This document shows positions 26,999-37,501 of a stretch of DNA of 64,000 nt, piece after piece. The stretch lies in assembly GCA_963667465.2 (NCBI GenBank), contig CAXXDN010000002.1, forward strand, positions 800,001 to 864,000. The letters are read 5' to 3'. The notes under the pieces were generated by a model. That model saw nothing but the letters and a program-made list of their open reading frames with translations, was not told the origin of the DNA and did not search any database. The position numbers and the translations under genes were made by a program. Origin of the DNA: Dehalococcoidia bacterium (GTDB taxonomy: Bacteria > Chloroflexota > Dehalococcoidia > UBA2979). Numbering within the stretch: the stretch's first letter is position 1; each line of letters opens with the position of its first letter.

Positions 26999-29440
26999 AT
27001 GGCCCGAACGAATACCCGCCGCCCGGCTGGCCGTGGCACGCAGCGAGCGACCTCACGATCGGTCGTGAGGCACGTCCTGCGCCCGGAGATCGCCGGGACC
27101 GCCCTTGTCGTTCTGGCGGTGGCGCTACTGCCCTTCCTGCTCCCGCTGACGAGTATCGTGGCCGAGGCCCGCGACGGCCTGGTGGGCGCCCTCGGGCTGC
27201 ACGTCTTCACGCTCGTCGTGCTCACGCTGACGACCGGGCTGCTGCTCGCGCTGCGCCAGGGCGGGCGGCTGCGCGGCCGCGGGCGGCACATCGCCGGCGC
27301 GGCCCTGCTGCTGGCGTTCAGCGCCGGGCTGCTCGGGCTCTGGACACCCGACGTGATCGTCGGCGAGGTCGACCTTGGCACGAGCTCGGCCGGGGGTAGC
27401 CTCGGGCGCGAACTCGCAGGCGGCGGGCTGCTGACGGCCGCCTGGCTCGCACTGTTCCCGATCGGGTTCACGCTGCTCTGGCCGCGCACGGCCTGGCAGT
27501 TACTGCGCGGCAGCCCGCGCGCCCTCGGCCTCACCCTGGCCTGGCTCTGGCGTCACGTCGCGCGGCCCGCCGGGCACGGCGTTGCCGCGCAGGTCCGCGC
27601 CTTCCGCGCGCGCCGCCGCCGGCCCGAGCTGGCGAGCGACCCGTACGCCGACCTCCGCGCCGACCTGCCGGCCGGAACCGGCCTGCCGACGCGCCTCGAG
27701 AACCAGCCGGCCACGAACGGTGCGACCTCGGGGGCCGAGGCCGCGAGCGAAGCGGCAGCCGCGATCGAGGTCGCGGAGCCGCCGCCCCCGAAGCAGATCG
27801 AGATGGACCTCGAGCACGATGTCAGCACCTGGCGTCACTCGAGCGATGGCTGGCAACTGCCGCCGATCGAGCTGCTGGCCGCGGCGGAGCCACTCGCGCC
27901 CGAGCTGGGCGACCAGCAGCGTCGCGCCGATCTGATCGTCGAGACGCTCGCCTCCTTCGGCGTCGAGGCGCAGGTCTCGCAGATCAGCGAGGGCCCGACC
28001 GTCACCCAGTTCGGCGTCGAGCCCGGCTGGGACGTGCGCACCCGCACGGTCCAGGAACGCACGCCCGAGGGCCAGGCCGTCCTCGACGAGGAGGGCCAGC
28101 CGCGCACGAAGCAGATCGAGGTCTCGCGCACGCGCGTGCGCGTGAACCGCATCACCGCGCTGCAGAACGACCTCGCGCTCGCGCTCGCCGCCCCCGCGCT
28201 GCGCATCGAGGCGCCCGTACCCGGGCGCTCGGTCGTGGGCATCGAGGTGCCGAACGCCAGCTCTGCGGTGGTGACGCTGCGCAGCGTGCTGGAGTCGCGC
28301 GAGTTCGCGAAGGCGGCGGGCAAGTCGCCCCTGCCGATCGCGCTCGGCTCCGGCGTCTCCGGCACGCCGGCCGTCGCCGACCTCGCGCAGATGCCGCACC
28401 TGCTGATCGCGGGCGCGACGGGCTCCGGCAAGTCGGTCTGCCTCAACTCGATCATCGCCTGCCTGCTGATGAACTTCTCGCCCGAGCAGCTGCGCTTCGT
28501 GCTGATCGACCCGAAGCGCGTCGAGCTCGCGCCTTTCGCCGACGTGCCGCACCTCGCCTTCAGCGAGATCGTGATCGACATGGACAAGGTGGTCGGCACG
28601 CTGCAGGCCGTGATCCACGAGATGGAATCGCGCTACCGGCGCTTCGCGAACGTCGGCGTGCGCAACCTCGAGCGCTACAACGAGCAGGCCGGGAGCGGCC
28701 GCCTGCCCTACTGGGTCGTGGTCATCGATGAGCTGGCCGACCTGATGCTGGCCGCGCCCTACCAGGTGGAGCACCAGTTGGTGCGCCTCGCGCAGCTCGC
28801 AAGGGCGACCGGCATCCACCTCGTGGTCGCCACGCAGCGGCCCTCGGTGGACGTGGTGACCGGCCTGATCAAGGCGAACTTCCCGACGCGGATCGCCTTC
28901 GCCGTCTCATCGCAGGTGGACTCGCGCACCATCCTCGACGGCGGCGGCGCCGAAAAGCTGCTCGGCAAGGGCGACATGCTCTTCCAGCCGAAGGATCAGG
29001 GGAAGCCGACCCGGCTCCAGGGCGTCTTCGTCTCCGACGGCGAGATCGAGGACCTGACGAGCTTCTGGACCGACGGTCGTTTCGAGGACCTGCGCCCGCC
29101 CAGCTTCGATGAGCTGATCGACGAAGCCGCCGAGGAAGTCGCCGCCCTCGAGGCCGGAGGGGGCGCCGGACCCGCCTCCGCCGAGGTCGACCCGATGATC
29201 ACGAAGGCCCTCGAACTGGCGCGCGAACACGACCAGATCTCGACCTCCCTGCTGCAGCGCCGCCTGCGCATCGGCTACCCGCGCGCCGCGCGCGTCATGG
29301 ACGAGCTCGAGGAGCAGGGCGTGGTTGGCGCCTCAGAGGGCGGATCGGGCAGCCGTCCCGTGCTCCTCGACGCGGACGAGGGTGGCGCGGAGACGCCTGC
29401 CGCGCCTGTCGCGGGTGCGCCGGTGGTGGATCGGGAATAG
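26999..29440 (+). CDS. ftsK: DNA translocase FtsK
   Basis: N-terminal TM region, MPHLLIAGATGSGKS, IDELADLM, ATQRPSVDV and gamma domain LQRRLRIGYPRAAR. Confidence 0.95.
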   Translation: MARTNTRRPAGRGTQRATSRSVVRHVLRPEIAGTALVVLAVALLPFLLPLTSIVAEARDGLVGALGLHVFTLVVLTLTTGLLLALRQGGRLRGRGRHIAGAALLLAFSAGLLGLWTPDVIVGEVDLGTSSAGGSLGRELAGGGLLTAAWLALFPIGFTLLWPRTAWQLLRGSPRALGLTLAWLWRHVARPAGHGVAAQVRAFRARRRRPELASDPYADLRADLPAGTGLPTRLENQPATNGATSGAEAASEAAAAIEVAEPPPPKQIEMDLEHDVSTWRHSSDGWQLPPIELLAAAEPLAPELGDQQRRADLIVETLASFGVEAQVSQISEGPTVTQFGVEPGWDVRTRTVQERTPEGQAVLDEEGQPRTKQIEVSRTRVRVNRITALQNDLALALAAPALRIEAPVPGRSVVGIEVPNASSAVVTLRSVLESREFAKAAGKSPLPIALGSGVSGTPAVADLAQMPHLLIAGATGSGKSVCLNSIIACLLMNFSPEQLRFVLIDPKRVELAPFADVPHLAFSEIVIDMDKVVGTLQAVIHEMESRYRRFANVGVRNLERYNEQAGSGRLPYWVVVIDELADLMLAAPYQVEHQLVRLAQLARATGIHLVVATQRPSVDVVTGLIKANFPTRIAFAVSSQVDSRTILDGGGAEKLLGKGDMLFQPKDQGKPTRLQGVFVSDGEIEDLTSFWTDGRFEDLRPPSFDELIDEAAEEVAALEAGGGAGPASAEVDPMITKALELAREHDQISTSLLQRRLRIGYPRAARVMDELEEQGVVGASEGGSGSRPVLLDADEGGAETPAAPVAGAPVVDRE

Positions 29441-29443
29441 AAC

Positions 29444-31528
29444 CTACCGCCCGCGCCCCCTGCCGCCGCGGCGCCCGCCGCCGGCGTTCGCACGCTGCGG
29501 GCGCGGCGAGGGCGTGTCGAAGGCGCGCAGGCCCTCGGGGGTATCGCCGACGAGCTCGCGGCGCAGCTCGACAATCTGGTCGCGGAGCTGGGCGGCGCGC
29601 TCGAACTCCAGTTCGCGCGCGGCGGACTTCATCTGTGACTCCAGCTCCTTGATCATCCGCAGCAGCTCGTCCCGCGGCAGGTCCGTGGCGACGACGTAGG
29701 CAGGCGACTCTTCGGCGACGCGAAGGCCGTCCGTGATGTCGCGGATCTCCTTGCTGATGCCCTCGGGCTCGATGCCGTGCTGCTCGTTCCAGGCGAGCTG
29801 GATCGCGCGCCGCCGCTCCGTCTCGTCGAGGGCGTTTCGCATCGAGTCCGTCACGGTGTCGGCGTACATGATCACGCGGCCTCCGGCGTGGCGGGCCGCT
29901 CGGCCGATCGTCTGGATCAGCGATCCGCCGGAGCGCAGGAACCCCTCCTTGTCGGCGTCGAGAATGCAGACGAGCGAGACCTCGGGCAGGTCGAGGCCCT
30001 CGCGCAGCAAGTTGATGCCCACGACCACGTCGTACACGCCCTGCCGCAGATCGCGCAGGATGTCGACGCGCTCGAGGGTGTCGATCTCGGAGTGGAGGTA
30101 GTGAGCCTTCACGTCCATCTCGAGCAGATAGTCGGTCAGGTCCTCGGCCATCTTCTTGGTCAGCGTGGTCACGAGGACGCGCTCGCGACGCCCGGCCCGC
30201 GTGCGCACCTCGGCGAGCAGGTCGTCGATCTGCCCCTGCGTCTCGCGCACCTCGACGATCGGGTCAGGGAGGCCGGTCGGGCGGATTACCTGCTCGGCGA
30301 CGTGCTGCGAGCGCTCCAGTTCGTACGGCCCGGGGGTCGCCGAGACAAAGATCACCTGGTTGAGATGGTCCTCGAACTCGGCGAAGTCGAGTGGGCGGTT
30401 GTCGAGTGCCGAAGGCAGCCGGAAGCCAAAGTCGACCAGCGTCTGCTTGCGCCGGATGTCACCGAAGTACATCCCGCGGATCTGCGGCATGGCGATGTGC
30501 GACTCGTCGACGAACACCAGCCAGTCGTCCGGGAAATAGTCGAGCAGCGTCCACGGCGTGGAGCCCACCCCGCGCCCCTGGAGGTGCCTCGAGTAGTTCT
30601 CGATGCCGGAGCAGTAACCGCTCTCACGCAGCATCTCCAGGTCGTAGCGCGTGCGCTCCTCGAGCCGCGTCGCCTCGAGGATCTGGCCCGCGCTCCGCAG
30701 CGCGACGGAGCACTCGCGCAGTTCCTCCTCGATATTCTTGATGGCGAGCTCGAGGCGGTCGCTGGAGGTGACGAAGTGCTTCGCCGGGTAGATCGAGAAG
30801 CGCTCCTGCGCCGTCAGCAGCTCGCCGGAGAGCGGGTCGACGGTGCCGATGCGCTCGATCTCGTCGCCCCAGAAGTCGACACGCACGGCGACGTCCTCGT
30901 AGGCCGGGAAGATCGTGAGCGTGTCGCCGCGCACGCGGAAGGTGCCGCGCACGAGGTTCATGTCGTTGCGTGCGTACTGCATGTCCACCAGCTGGCGGAT
31001 CAAGGAGTTGCGGTTGACGTGCCGCCCGACGTGCAGCTTCGCGACGAACGATTCGTACTCGCCGGGCTCGCCGAGACCGTAGATGCAGGACACGGAGGCG
31101 ACGATTAGTACATCGCGCCGCTCGAACAGCGCGCGCGTCGCCGAGTGGCGCATCTTGTCGATCTCGTCGTTGATGTCGGCGTCCTTGGCGATGTAGGTGT
31201 CAGTGCGGGGGATGTAGGCCTCGGGCTGGTAGTAGTCGTAGTAGGAGACGAAGTACTCGACGGAGTTGCGAGGGAAGAACTCGCGGAACTCCGCCGTCAG
31301 CTGTGCGGCCAGCGTGCGGTTGGGCGCGAGCACCAGCGTCGGCCGCTGATGCTGGGCGATGATGTTGGCCATCGTGAAGGTCTTGCCGGAGCCGGTGGCC
31401 CCGAGCATGGTCTGCATCGTCAGTCCACGATCGAGGCCCTCGAGGAGTTGCTCGATCGCCTGCGGCTGGTCGCCCATCGGGCGGAACTCGCTAACCAGCT
31501 CGAACCCGGTGCTCGCTGTGGTGGTCAC
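29444..31528 (-). CDS. uvrB: Excinuclease ABC subunit B
   Basis: [25 protein letters not shown] and [14 protein letters not shown]. Start placed at a GTG 7 nt after TACAAT (ATG at 31537 is an alternative). Confidence 0.96.
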   Translation of the reverse strand: MTTTASTGFELVSEFRPMGDQPQAIEQLLEGLDRGLTMQTMLGATGSGKTFTMANIIAQHQRPTLVLAPNRTLAAQLTAEFREFFPRNSVEYFVSYYDYYQPEAYIPRTDTYIAKDADINDEIDKMRHSATRALFERRDVLIVASVSCIYGLGEPGEYESFVAKLHVGRHVNRNSLIRQLVDMQYARNDMNLVRGTFRVRGDTLTIFPAYEDVAVRVDFWGDEIERIGTVDPLSGELLTAQERFSIYPAKHFVTSSDRLELAIKNIEEELRECSVALRSAGQILEATRLEERTRYDLEMLRESGYCSGIENYSRHLQGRGVGSTPWTLLDYFPDDWLVFVDESHIAMPQIRGMYFGDIRRKQTLVDFGFRLPSALDNRPLDFAEFEDHLNQVIFVSATPGPYELERSQHVAEQVIRPTGLPDPIVEVRETQGQIDDLLAEVRTRAGRRERVLVTTLTKKMAEDLTDYLLEMDVKAHYLHSEIDTLERVDILRDLRQGVYDVVVGINLLREGLDLPEVSLVCILDADKEGFLRSGGSLIQTIGRAARHAGGRVIMYADTVTDSMRNALDETERRRAIQLAWNEQHGIEPEGISKEIRDITDGLRVAEESPAYVVATDLPRDELLRMIKELESQMKSAARELEFERAAQLRDQIVELRRELVGDTPEGLRAFDTPSPRPQRANAGGGRRGGRGRGR

Positions 31529-31640
31529 GCGCTCCATTGTACGCCTCGCCGGCGCCGATCCCGCCTCGCGCCGCGCCGCGCTATGCTGCCCGGCGGAACG
31601 GAACTGAAGCGCACGACGCGTGAGGCCGGGGAGGTGAACG

Positions 31641-32366
31641 ATGCGGCTCGAGGGCAAGGTCGCGATGGTCACGGGAGCGGCTTCGGGCATCGGACGGGCG
31701 ACATCGCTGACGCTGGCGCGCGAGGGCGCGGCCGTGATGTGCGCCGACGTCAACACCGCGGGCGCGCAGGCTACGGCGGACGCGATCGCCGCAGCGGGCG
31801 GGACGGCGGCCGTCGTCGCGCTGGATGTCACCGACGAGGAGGCCGTGCAGGCCGCCCTGGCCGCCACCGTCGAACAGCTCGGCGCGCTGCACATCCTGGT
31901 CAACGATGCCGGTATCAGCGGCCGTACGCACGATTACCACGACGTGATCGACGTGAACCTCAACGGCGTCTACTACTGCATGAAGCACGGCGCGGCGCTG
32001 ATCGAGCAGCACGGCGGCGGCTCGATCGTGAGCCTCTCCTCGATCATGGGGCTTGTGGGGGGCTCCGCGCCGGGCTACACCGCTTCGAAGCACGGCGTGC
32101 TCGGCCTCACTCGCAACTACGCGCTCATGTACGGCGGGCGCGGCGTGCGCGTGAACTGCGTCAACCCCGGCTACATCGAGACGCCGATGACGGAGTTCAT
32201 GCTCAGCGACGAGGCCCGGCGCGAAGACGCACTCGACCTGCACCCGATCGGCCGCCTCGGCAGGGCCGAGGACGTGGCGAACGCGATCCTCTTCCTCGCC
32301 AGCGAGGACGCCTCGTTCGTGACGGGCGTGGCGCTGCCCGTGGACGGCGGCTACACCGCACAGTAG
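31641..32366 (+). CDS. Short-chain dehydrogenase/reductase
   Basis: [13 protein letters not shown] and VDGGY. Confidence 0.92.
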   Translation: MRLEGKVAMVTGAASGIGRATSLTLAREGAAVMCADVNTAGAQATADAIAAAGGTAAVVALDVTDEEAVQAALAATVEQLGALHILVNDAGISGRTHDYHDVIDVNLNGVYYCMKHGAALIEQHGGGSIVSLSSIMGLVGGSAPGYTASKHGVLGLTRNYALMYGGRGVRVNCVNPGYIETPMTEFMLSDEARREDALDLHPIGRLGRAEDVANAILFLASEDASFVTGVALPVDGGYTAQ

Positions 32367-32391
32367 CCGCCGCCGAGCGCCCGCTTGCGGC

Positions 32392-33174
32392 TCAGTCCTC
32401 GCCGAACCAGAAGCGGCGCATGTTCGCGCCCGCGATCGCCTCGATCGCGTCGTCCGGAACCGGCAGCTTGCCCTCGAGCAGCAGGTTGAGGTCGGCGACG
32501 TACTCATCGAGGCCCCCGGACGCCGGGTAGTTCGAGCCCCAGACGATGCGCTCCGGGCCGAACGCCTCCACGGCCTGCGCGATCACGGGGTACACCGCCG
32601 CGTGGGGGTGGGGGGCGTAGCGGCTCGGGAACGAGAGCTGGAACCAGACGCCCTCATGGCGCGCCAGCTCCCAGACCGGCTGCTGTGGCGCGAAATCGGG
32701 CGCGTCTTGCAGCCGCGGCGTCGCGAGGTGCGAGAGCATCACGCGCGTCGCCGGGTGGCGGGCGATCGCCGCGTCGATGTACGGGACCCAGTCGGCCGGC
32801 GCGTGGTGGGGCATCGCCTGGATGATGAGTCCGAGGTGCGCGGCGGCCATCAGCAGCTCCGGCCGCTCGAAGATCATCTCCGAGGTGAGTCGCACGCCCG
32901 TGAAGTCGCCCTCCCGGGCGATCTCCTCGAGTTGATCGCGGGCCCGCGGATCGCGGTGGTTGACGAGGCAGACGCCGGCGACCCTGTCCCGGTCCGCGCG
33001 GATGACCCCGGCGAGGTAGCCGTTGTCGTACTCGCCCATGTGCTGGACGATCGTCACCCGCGTCACGCCCGCCTCGCCGAGCGTGCCGCGCAGTGTCTCG
33101 TACGGGTAGTACTTGCTCAGGCCGCAGTGCGTGTAGGCGTCGTTGACCTCGAAGGGGTGGACGGGCGCAGTCAT
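32392..33174 (-). CDS. Amidohydrolase_2 family protein
   Basis: DAYTH, DNGYL, MLSHLA.P and FGPERIVWGSNYP. Confidence 0.85.
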   Translation of the reverse strand: MTAPVHPFEVNDAYTHCGLSKYYPYETLRGTLGEAGVTRVTIVQHMGEYDNGYLAGVIRADRDRVAGVCLVNHRDPRARDQLEEIAREGDFTGVRLTSEMIFERPELLMAAAHLGLIIQAMPHHAPADWVPYIDAAIARHPATRVMLSHLATPRLQDAPDFAPQQPVWELARHEGVWFQLSFPSRYAPHPHAAVYPVIAQAVEAFGPERIVWGSNYPASGGLDEYVADLNLLLEGKLPVPDDAIEAIAGANMRRFWFGED

Positions 33175-35018
33175 GAGGTTGCCTCCATCAGGAGACCTTG
33201 CGTGCGGTAGCACTCAGGATCGAGATCGTCCAGCAGTGGCGACCGCGTCCGCGGACGGCACACGATCGTGAGCGCGTTGCTTGATCGGGTGAGCGCGACG
33301 TAGAGCTGCGCGCGCTCGCTGGCGGTTGAGTCGCCTCGGGGCTCAAAGTCCAGCAGGTACACAGAGGAGAAGTCGAGCCCCTTGGCGGAGTGCACGGTGA
33401 GTACGGACACACTCGACCCATCGGGGGCTGAGCGTGAGACGACGGCTGCCTCGATCCCTTGCTCAATGAGCTGCTTCGCAGCCTGTTGGGCTCGTCGATT
33501 CCTGGAGGCCAGGACTGCGATCTGCGAGGGCGGGCGTCCGCGCTCAGTCTCCGCCCGGATCGCGTCAGCGATGAACTCCAACTCCTGCTGGGCGGTCGGA
33601 ATGTGGGCAAGCACCGGTACCGGGCCGTCACGGTCACCTGGTCGCATTTCACCAAGCTCGCGGTACATTTCTTCATCACTGCCATAGAGAGACGCTGCGA
33701 GCGCGTGGACCTGCCGCGTCGAACGATAGGGAACGCGCAGGACGCGCACGCGCGACCGGGGCGGTCGCAATTCACGCTGCGCCCATGTGAAGCCATGTGG
33801 GTAGATCGACTGCGCAGCGTCGGAAAACACCATCATTGTATTCTCCGAGCCGTGCGTCAGAGCACGTGCGAGGCGCGCCATCACAGGGCTGCAGTCCTGT
33901 GCCTCATCAACGATCACCGCGCGGTACCGCGGTGGATCCTTGTCCTCTTCCAGCAACGCGCGGGCGCGCTCAATTTGGTCGTCCCATTGATGAGGGCCGC
34001 CGGCCTCGGGCCGGATGCGCTGGTTCAGTTCCCAGATCACTTCACGTTGACGCCGCTTCAGCGGGTGCAGGCCCTGGCTGCGCGGGCGTGTGACGTCGAG
34101 GTAACCCCCGATCTCACTGAATTGATTGGGGCGAAGGACGCTGAGGATTTCGTTTGCCAGGTCATCGTCCGAGAGGTCCTCGATCTCGGCTCGCTGCTGA
34201 TCCGAAAGGGTCGGGCGGGCAATCGATACCGCAGTTCGCAGCTCGCTCCCGGAGGCATCGACGTTGATCCGCACGCCCCTGCTGTTGGCGTAGCGCGCAG
34301 CCCAACGATGGAAGCTTGTGACCTCGATCTCCTGCGCAACGGCGGGATCAGCGAGAGAGTCAATTGCCTGCCGAACAGCCTCCATGAGAACGCGGTTGTA
34401 GCAGAGATAGAGGACTCGTCCGACGCCGAGCGCCGGCTCCCCCGCGAGGTGGATTGCACGCCTGATCGCAATCGAACTCTTGCCCGTCCCCGCTCCACCC
34501 TTGACGAGGGCGAAACCGCCCCAGTTGCTTGTATCGAGCGTCACCAGCGTTGCCTGGCGCTCATCAAGAGCGGCGAAGTAGTGCGCAAAGCCACGGTCCG
34601 CCATTTCGACGAGGAGGTCAGGACGGGCCAGTGGAATCGGATCTTCGGGCGACACACGGGGTACGGCGGCTGGCGCGCCGACGCCAGCTGTGCGCATCCG
34701 CTCTCCCCGTTCGACAAGCGAGGCGATTGTCGAACGGTGCTGCGTGGCCCAATCGTATGCCTCATCGTGACCGCCGACCCAAAGAAGTACGAAGCGGTCT
34801 TCGAGGCTGGCAAGAATGAGCCTGTACTTGCGGCTTACCCGGACTGAGTCGACCCGCGCGCTACCCAGATTGTAGAGCCGCTCCCGGTTGAGGCCCGGGC
34901 TCAGCGGATCGTCCGAGAGTCGCTGCCACGCTTCTGCCGTTTCTGCAGCGAGGCGTTCTGGAAGTTGGTCGTAGCTATCCGGGAACGTAGGCGCGACGAA
35001 CGGATCCCGGTCCGGCAT
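33171..35018 (-). CDS. SF1 (UvrD/Rep-like) helicase with N-terminal RelE-like domain
   Basis: N-terminus has DPLSPGLNRERL..SVRVSRKYRLIL..LWVGGHDEAYDWA. Helicase motifs GGAGTGKS, LCYNRVL, VDEAQD, DAAQSIY, YRS, HSAKGLDF and LYVALTR. AAGGAG RBS. Confidence 0.85.
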   Translation of the reverse strand: MPDRDPFVAPTFPDSYDQLPERLAAETAEAWQRLSDDPLSPGLNRERLYNLGSARVDSVRVSRKYRLILASLEDRFVLLWVGGHDEAYDWATQHRSTIASLVERGERMRTAGVGAPAAVPRVSPEDPIPLARPDLLVEMADRGFAHYFAALDERQATLVTLDTSNWGGFALVKGGAGTGKSSIAIRRAIHLAGEPALGVGRVLYLCYNRVLMEAVRQAIDSLADPAVAQEIEVTSFHRWAARYANSRGVRINVDASGSELRTAVSIARPTLSDQQRAEIEDLSDDDLANEILSVLRPNQFSEIGGYLDVTRPRSQGLHPLKRRQREVIWELNQRIRPEAGGPHQWDDQIERARALLEEDKDPPRYRAVIVDEAQDCSPVMARLARALTHGSENTMMVFSDAAQSIYPHGFTWAQRELRPPRSRVRVLRVPYRSTRQVHALAASLYGSDEEMYRELGEMRPGDRDGPVPVLAHIPTAQQELEFIADAIRAETERGRPPSQIAVLASRNRRAQQAAKQLIEQGIEAAVVSRSAPDGSSVSVLTVHSAKGLDFSSVYLLDFEPRGDSTASERAQLYVALTRSSNALTIVCRPRTRSPLLDDLDPECYRTQGLLMEATS

Positions 35019-35055
35019 AGGTGCTCCTTGTCTTGTTGCCCGCCCGCAGTCTAGC

Positions 35056-36091
35056 TGTTCTTCCCACGAACGTTGTTTACAGGCGTGAGGCGGGGACAGC
35101 CCCGCCGATGCCGCCGTGTGGCCGGCGAGCATTGTAGCGGTAGAGCCAGCGCGGGAGCTGGTGCAACCGCTCGGCGTTGGAGCGGTAGGGGCGGGCGTAG
35201 GCCCACTCGTTCTGCAGGATCTGGATGAAGCGCTCGGCCTTCCCGTTCGTTTGCGGGCGGTAGGGCCGGGTGTGACGCAGTTCCACTCCTGCGGCGGCGG
35301 CCACGCCGCGGAAGTCGCCGGAGACGGTGTACGCCTTCGCGTTGTCGGTGAGCACGCCGCGCACGCGCACGCCGCGGCGGCCGAACGCGGCGAGCGCCTG
35401 CTTGAGGAAGGCGGCGCAGCTCGCGCCGCGCTCGTCGGGCAGCACGGCGACGTAGGCGTAGCGGCTGTGGTCGTCGACGGCGACGTGGAGGTAGTCGAGG
35501 CCGCGCGTGCGCGGGGTCGCCGCGGAGCGGCCACGGACGCGGTGTCCGCCGCCCTCGGGGATGCGGCCCAGCTTTTTCACGTCGATGTGCAGCAGGTCGC
35601 CGGGGGCAGGGTGCTCGTAGCGCAGCTTCTGCCTGCTCACGCGGTGCAGGCGGTCGAGACGGTTGAGACCGAAGCGGCGGAGCACGGCGTAGGCGGTGGA
35701 GCGGGCGATCCCGAGCGCCCAGGCGATGCGGTGCGGCCCGAACCCCTGGCTGCGGCGCACCGCGCAGATGCGGGACTCCAGCTGCGGCGAGGTGCGGCGC
35801 GGATTCGAGCGCGGAGCGGAGGTGCGGTCCTCGAGTCCGGCCGCGCCCTCCTCGTGGTAGCGGCGCCACCACTTGCCGACCGTCGCACGAGAAACCCGGA
35901 AGCGCCGCGCAACCTCCGCCTGCGACCAGCTGGCCTCGACCTCCAGAACCATCTCCAGCCGGGTGGCCGGAGTCAGACGCGCGTTAGGATGTGCCACGAG
36001 AGGCTCCTCTCCTGCTACTGGTGCGTTCTTCAGACACACACACAGCAGCAGGCGGGGCCCCTCACCTGCAACAACCTACGTGGGAACTACA
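35056..36091 (-). mobile_element. IS481-family insertion sequence, apparently complete
   Basis: TGT...ACA ends with imperfect IRs (TGTTCTTCCCACGAACGTTGTT / TGTAGTTCCCACGTAGGTTGTT). Direct repeat TCTAGC at 35050-35055 and 36092-36097. Confidence 0.95.
35077..35997 (-). CDS. IS481-family transposase
   Basis: HPNARLTP, HIDVKKLGRI, VDDHSR, LTDNA and RPQTNGKAERF (DDE). Confidence 0.95.
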   Translation of the reverse strand: MAHPNARLTPATRLEMVLEVEASWSQAEVARRFRVSRATVGKWWRRYHEEGAAGLEDRTSAPRSNPRRTSPQLESRICAVRRSQGFGPHRIAWALGIARSTAYAVLRRFGLNRLDRLHRVSRQKLRYEHPAPGDLLHIDVKKLGRIPEGGGHRVRGRSAATPRTRGLDYLHVAVDDHSRYAYVAVLPDERGASCAAFLKQALAAFGRRGVRVRGVLTDNAKAYTVSGDFRGVAAAAGVELRHTRPYRPQTNGKAERFIQILQNEWAYARPYRSNAERLHQLPRWLYRYNARRPHGGIGGAVPASRL

Positions 36092-36178
36092 TCTAGCGAA
36101 GCATGAACTGCCCGGGTGAGGGTGCGCGCCGACTGCGGGCGGTGACGGGCGGGGCTAGAGTGGGCCGCTGGAGGCGGC

Positions 36179-37501
36179 ATGGTCGCGAGGCTGTTCCCGG
36201 GCGTCTACGAGGGCTGGATCGTCGTCGGCGCCTCGACGACGATGCTCTTCATCCTCTCGGCCGCGGTCTTCTGGGGCCTCGGCCCGATCTTCAACCCGAT
36301 CCTCGACGAGTTCGGCTGGAGCCACGGCGCCACCGCGTTCGCTTTCGCCGCCCGCTCCGAGGTCAACGGGGCGGCGGCCCCGTTCGTCGGGGCGCTGATC
36401 GACCGGATCGGCTCGCGAATGATGCTGGTCGTCGGACTTGTCGTCGCATCGTGCAGTCTCTTCCTGCTCTCCTTCATGCAGAACATCGTGCACTTCTACC
36501 TGCTGATGCTCGTCATGGCGCTGGGCACCAGCACCTGCGGGGGACAGGCGACGATGGTCTCCACCGTCAGCTGGTTCGAGCGCAAGCGGGCGCGCGCCCT
36601 GGCCCTGGCGACGGCGGGCGGCACGCTTGGCGGGATCCTCGTCGTGGCCATCGCCTTCCTCGTCGAGTCGCTCGGCTGGCGAGGCGCGCTGCAAGTGATG
36701 GCGGTGGTCCTGCTCGTCGGCGGCCTCCTCGCTGGATCGAACGTGCGCACGAGGCCGCCAGGCCACCGCCAGCCGCTCGACGGCATCCCACGGGCCGGAG
36801 GTCCGGATCTTCGTGAGGGCGACGACGACGACGAGCGCTGGGGCGTGCCGCTGCGCGAGGCGCTGCGCGCGCGGGCGTTCTGGCTGCTCGCGTTCGCGCA
36901 GTTCGCGATCTTCTTCGCGATCACGGCCATCGTCGTGCTGCACGTCCCGTTCATGGAGGACGATGTCGGGATCTCGAAGACGGCGGCGGGCGTGGGCTCG
37001 GCGTTCTTCGCCGTCGCCTCGCTGGTGGGGCGAATCATCTCCGGGGGCGCCGCCGACCGCTTCGACAAGCGAGTGGTGCTGGCGCTGGTGGTCCTGGTGG
37101 CGGGCGTTGCGATGCCGCTCTTCGCGCTGGTCCAGAACCTCTGGCAGGCGAGCCTGGTGCTGATGGTCATCGCCGCCGGAGTCGGCGGCGCGAACCCGAT
37201 CCGCACGGCGCTGCTGGCGGACTACTTCGGGACGCGCTCGTTCGGCGCGATCAACGGCGTCTCGATGGCGATCGGGACGCTCGGCGCGTTCTTCGGTCCG
37301 TGGCTGCTGGGGCTGAGCGTGGACGCGACGGGCGGCTACTCGATCGGCTTCGTCTTCACCGGCGTGGTCGCGCTGATCGCGATCCCCTTCGTGCTGCGGA
37401 CGAAGGCGCCGACGGAGCTGACGGCGCGTTACCGCGGCCGCCCGGTCCGCGTCGTGCCACCCGGTCCGCCGCGCCCCCGGCCCGGCGCGCCTCGGGGTTA
37501 G
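36179..37501 (+). CDS. MFS transporter (OFA/MCT-like)
   Basis: About 12 TM segments, GALIDRIGSR, WFERKRARAL and GAADRFDKR. Confidence 0.9.
   Translation: MVARLFPGVYEGWIVVGASTTMLFILSAAVFWGLGPIFNPILDEFGWSHGATAFAFAARSEVNGAAAPFVGALIDRIGSRMMLVVGLVVASCSLFLLSFMQNIVHFYLLMLVMALGTSTCGGQATMVSTVSWFERKRARALALATAGGTLGGILVVAIAFLVESLGWRGALQVMAVVLLVGGLLAGSNVRTRPPGHRQPLDGIPRAGGPDLREGDDDDERWGVPLREALRARAFWLLAFAQFAIFFAITAIVVLHVPFMEDDVGISKTAAGVGSAFFAVASLVGRIISGGAADRFDKRVVLALVVLVAGVAMPLFALVQNLWQASLVLMVIAAGVGGANPIRTALLADYFGTRSFGAINGVSMAIGTLGAFFGPWLLGLSVDATGGYSIGFVFTGVVALIAIPFVLRTKAPTELTARYRGRPVRVVPPGPPRPRPGAPRG

Noticed and set aside
35019-35534. 787-aa ORF suggesting a transposase-helicase fusion
   Set aside because: The extension is an alternative frame of the IS481 transposase with low-complexity translation. 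The helicase has its own RBS and ATG at 35018, and no convincing slippery site was seen.
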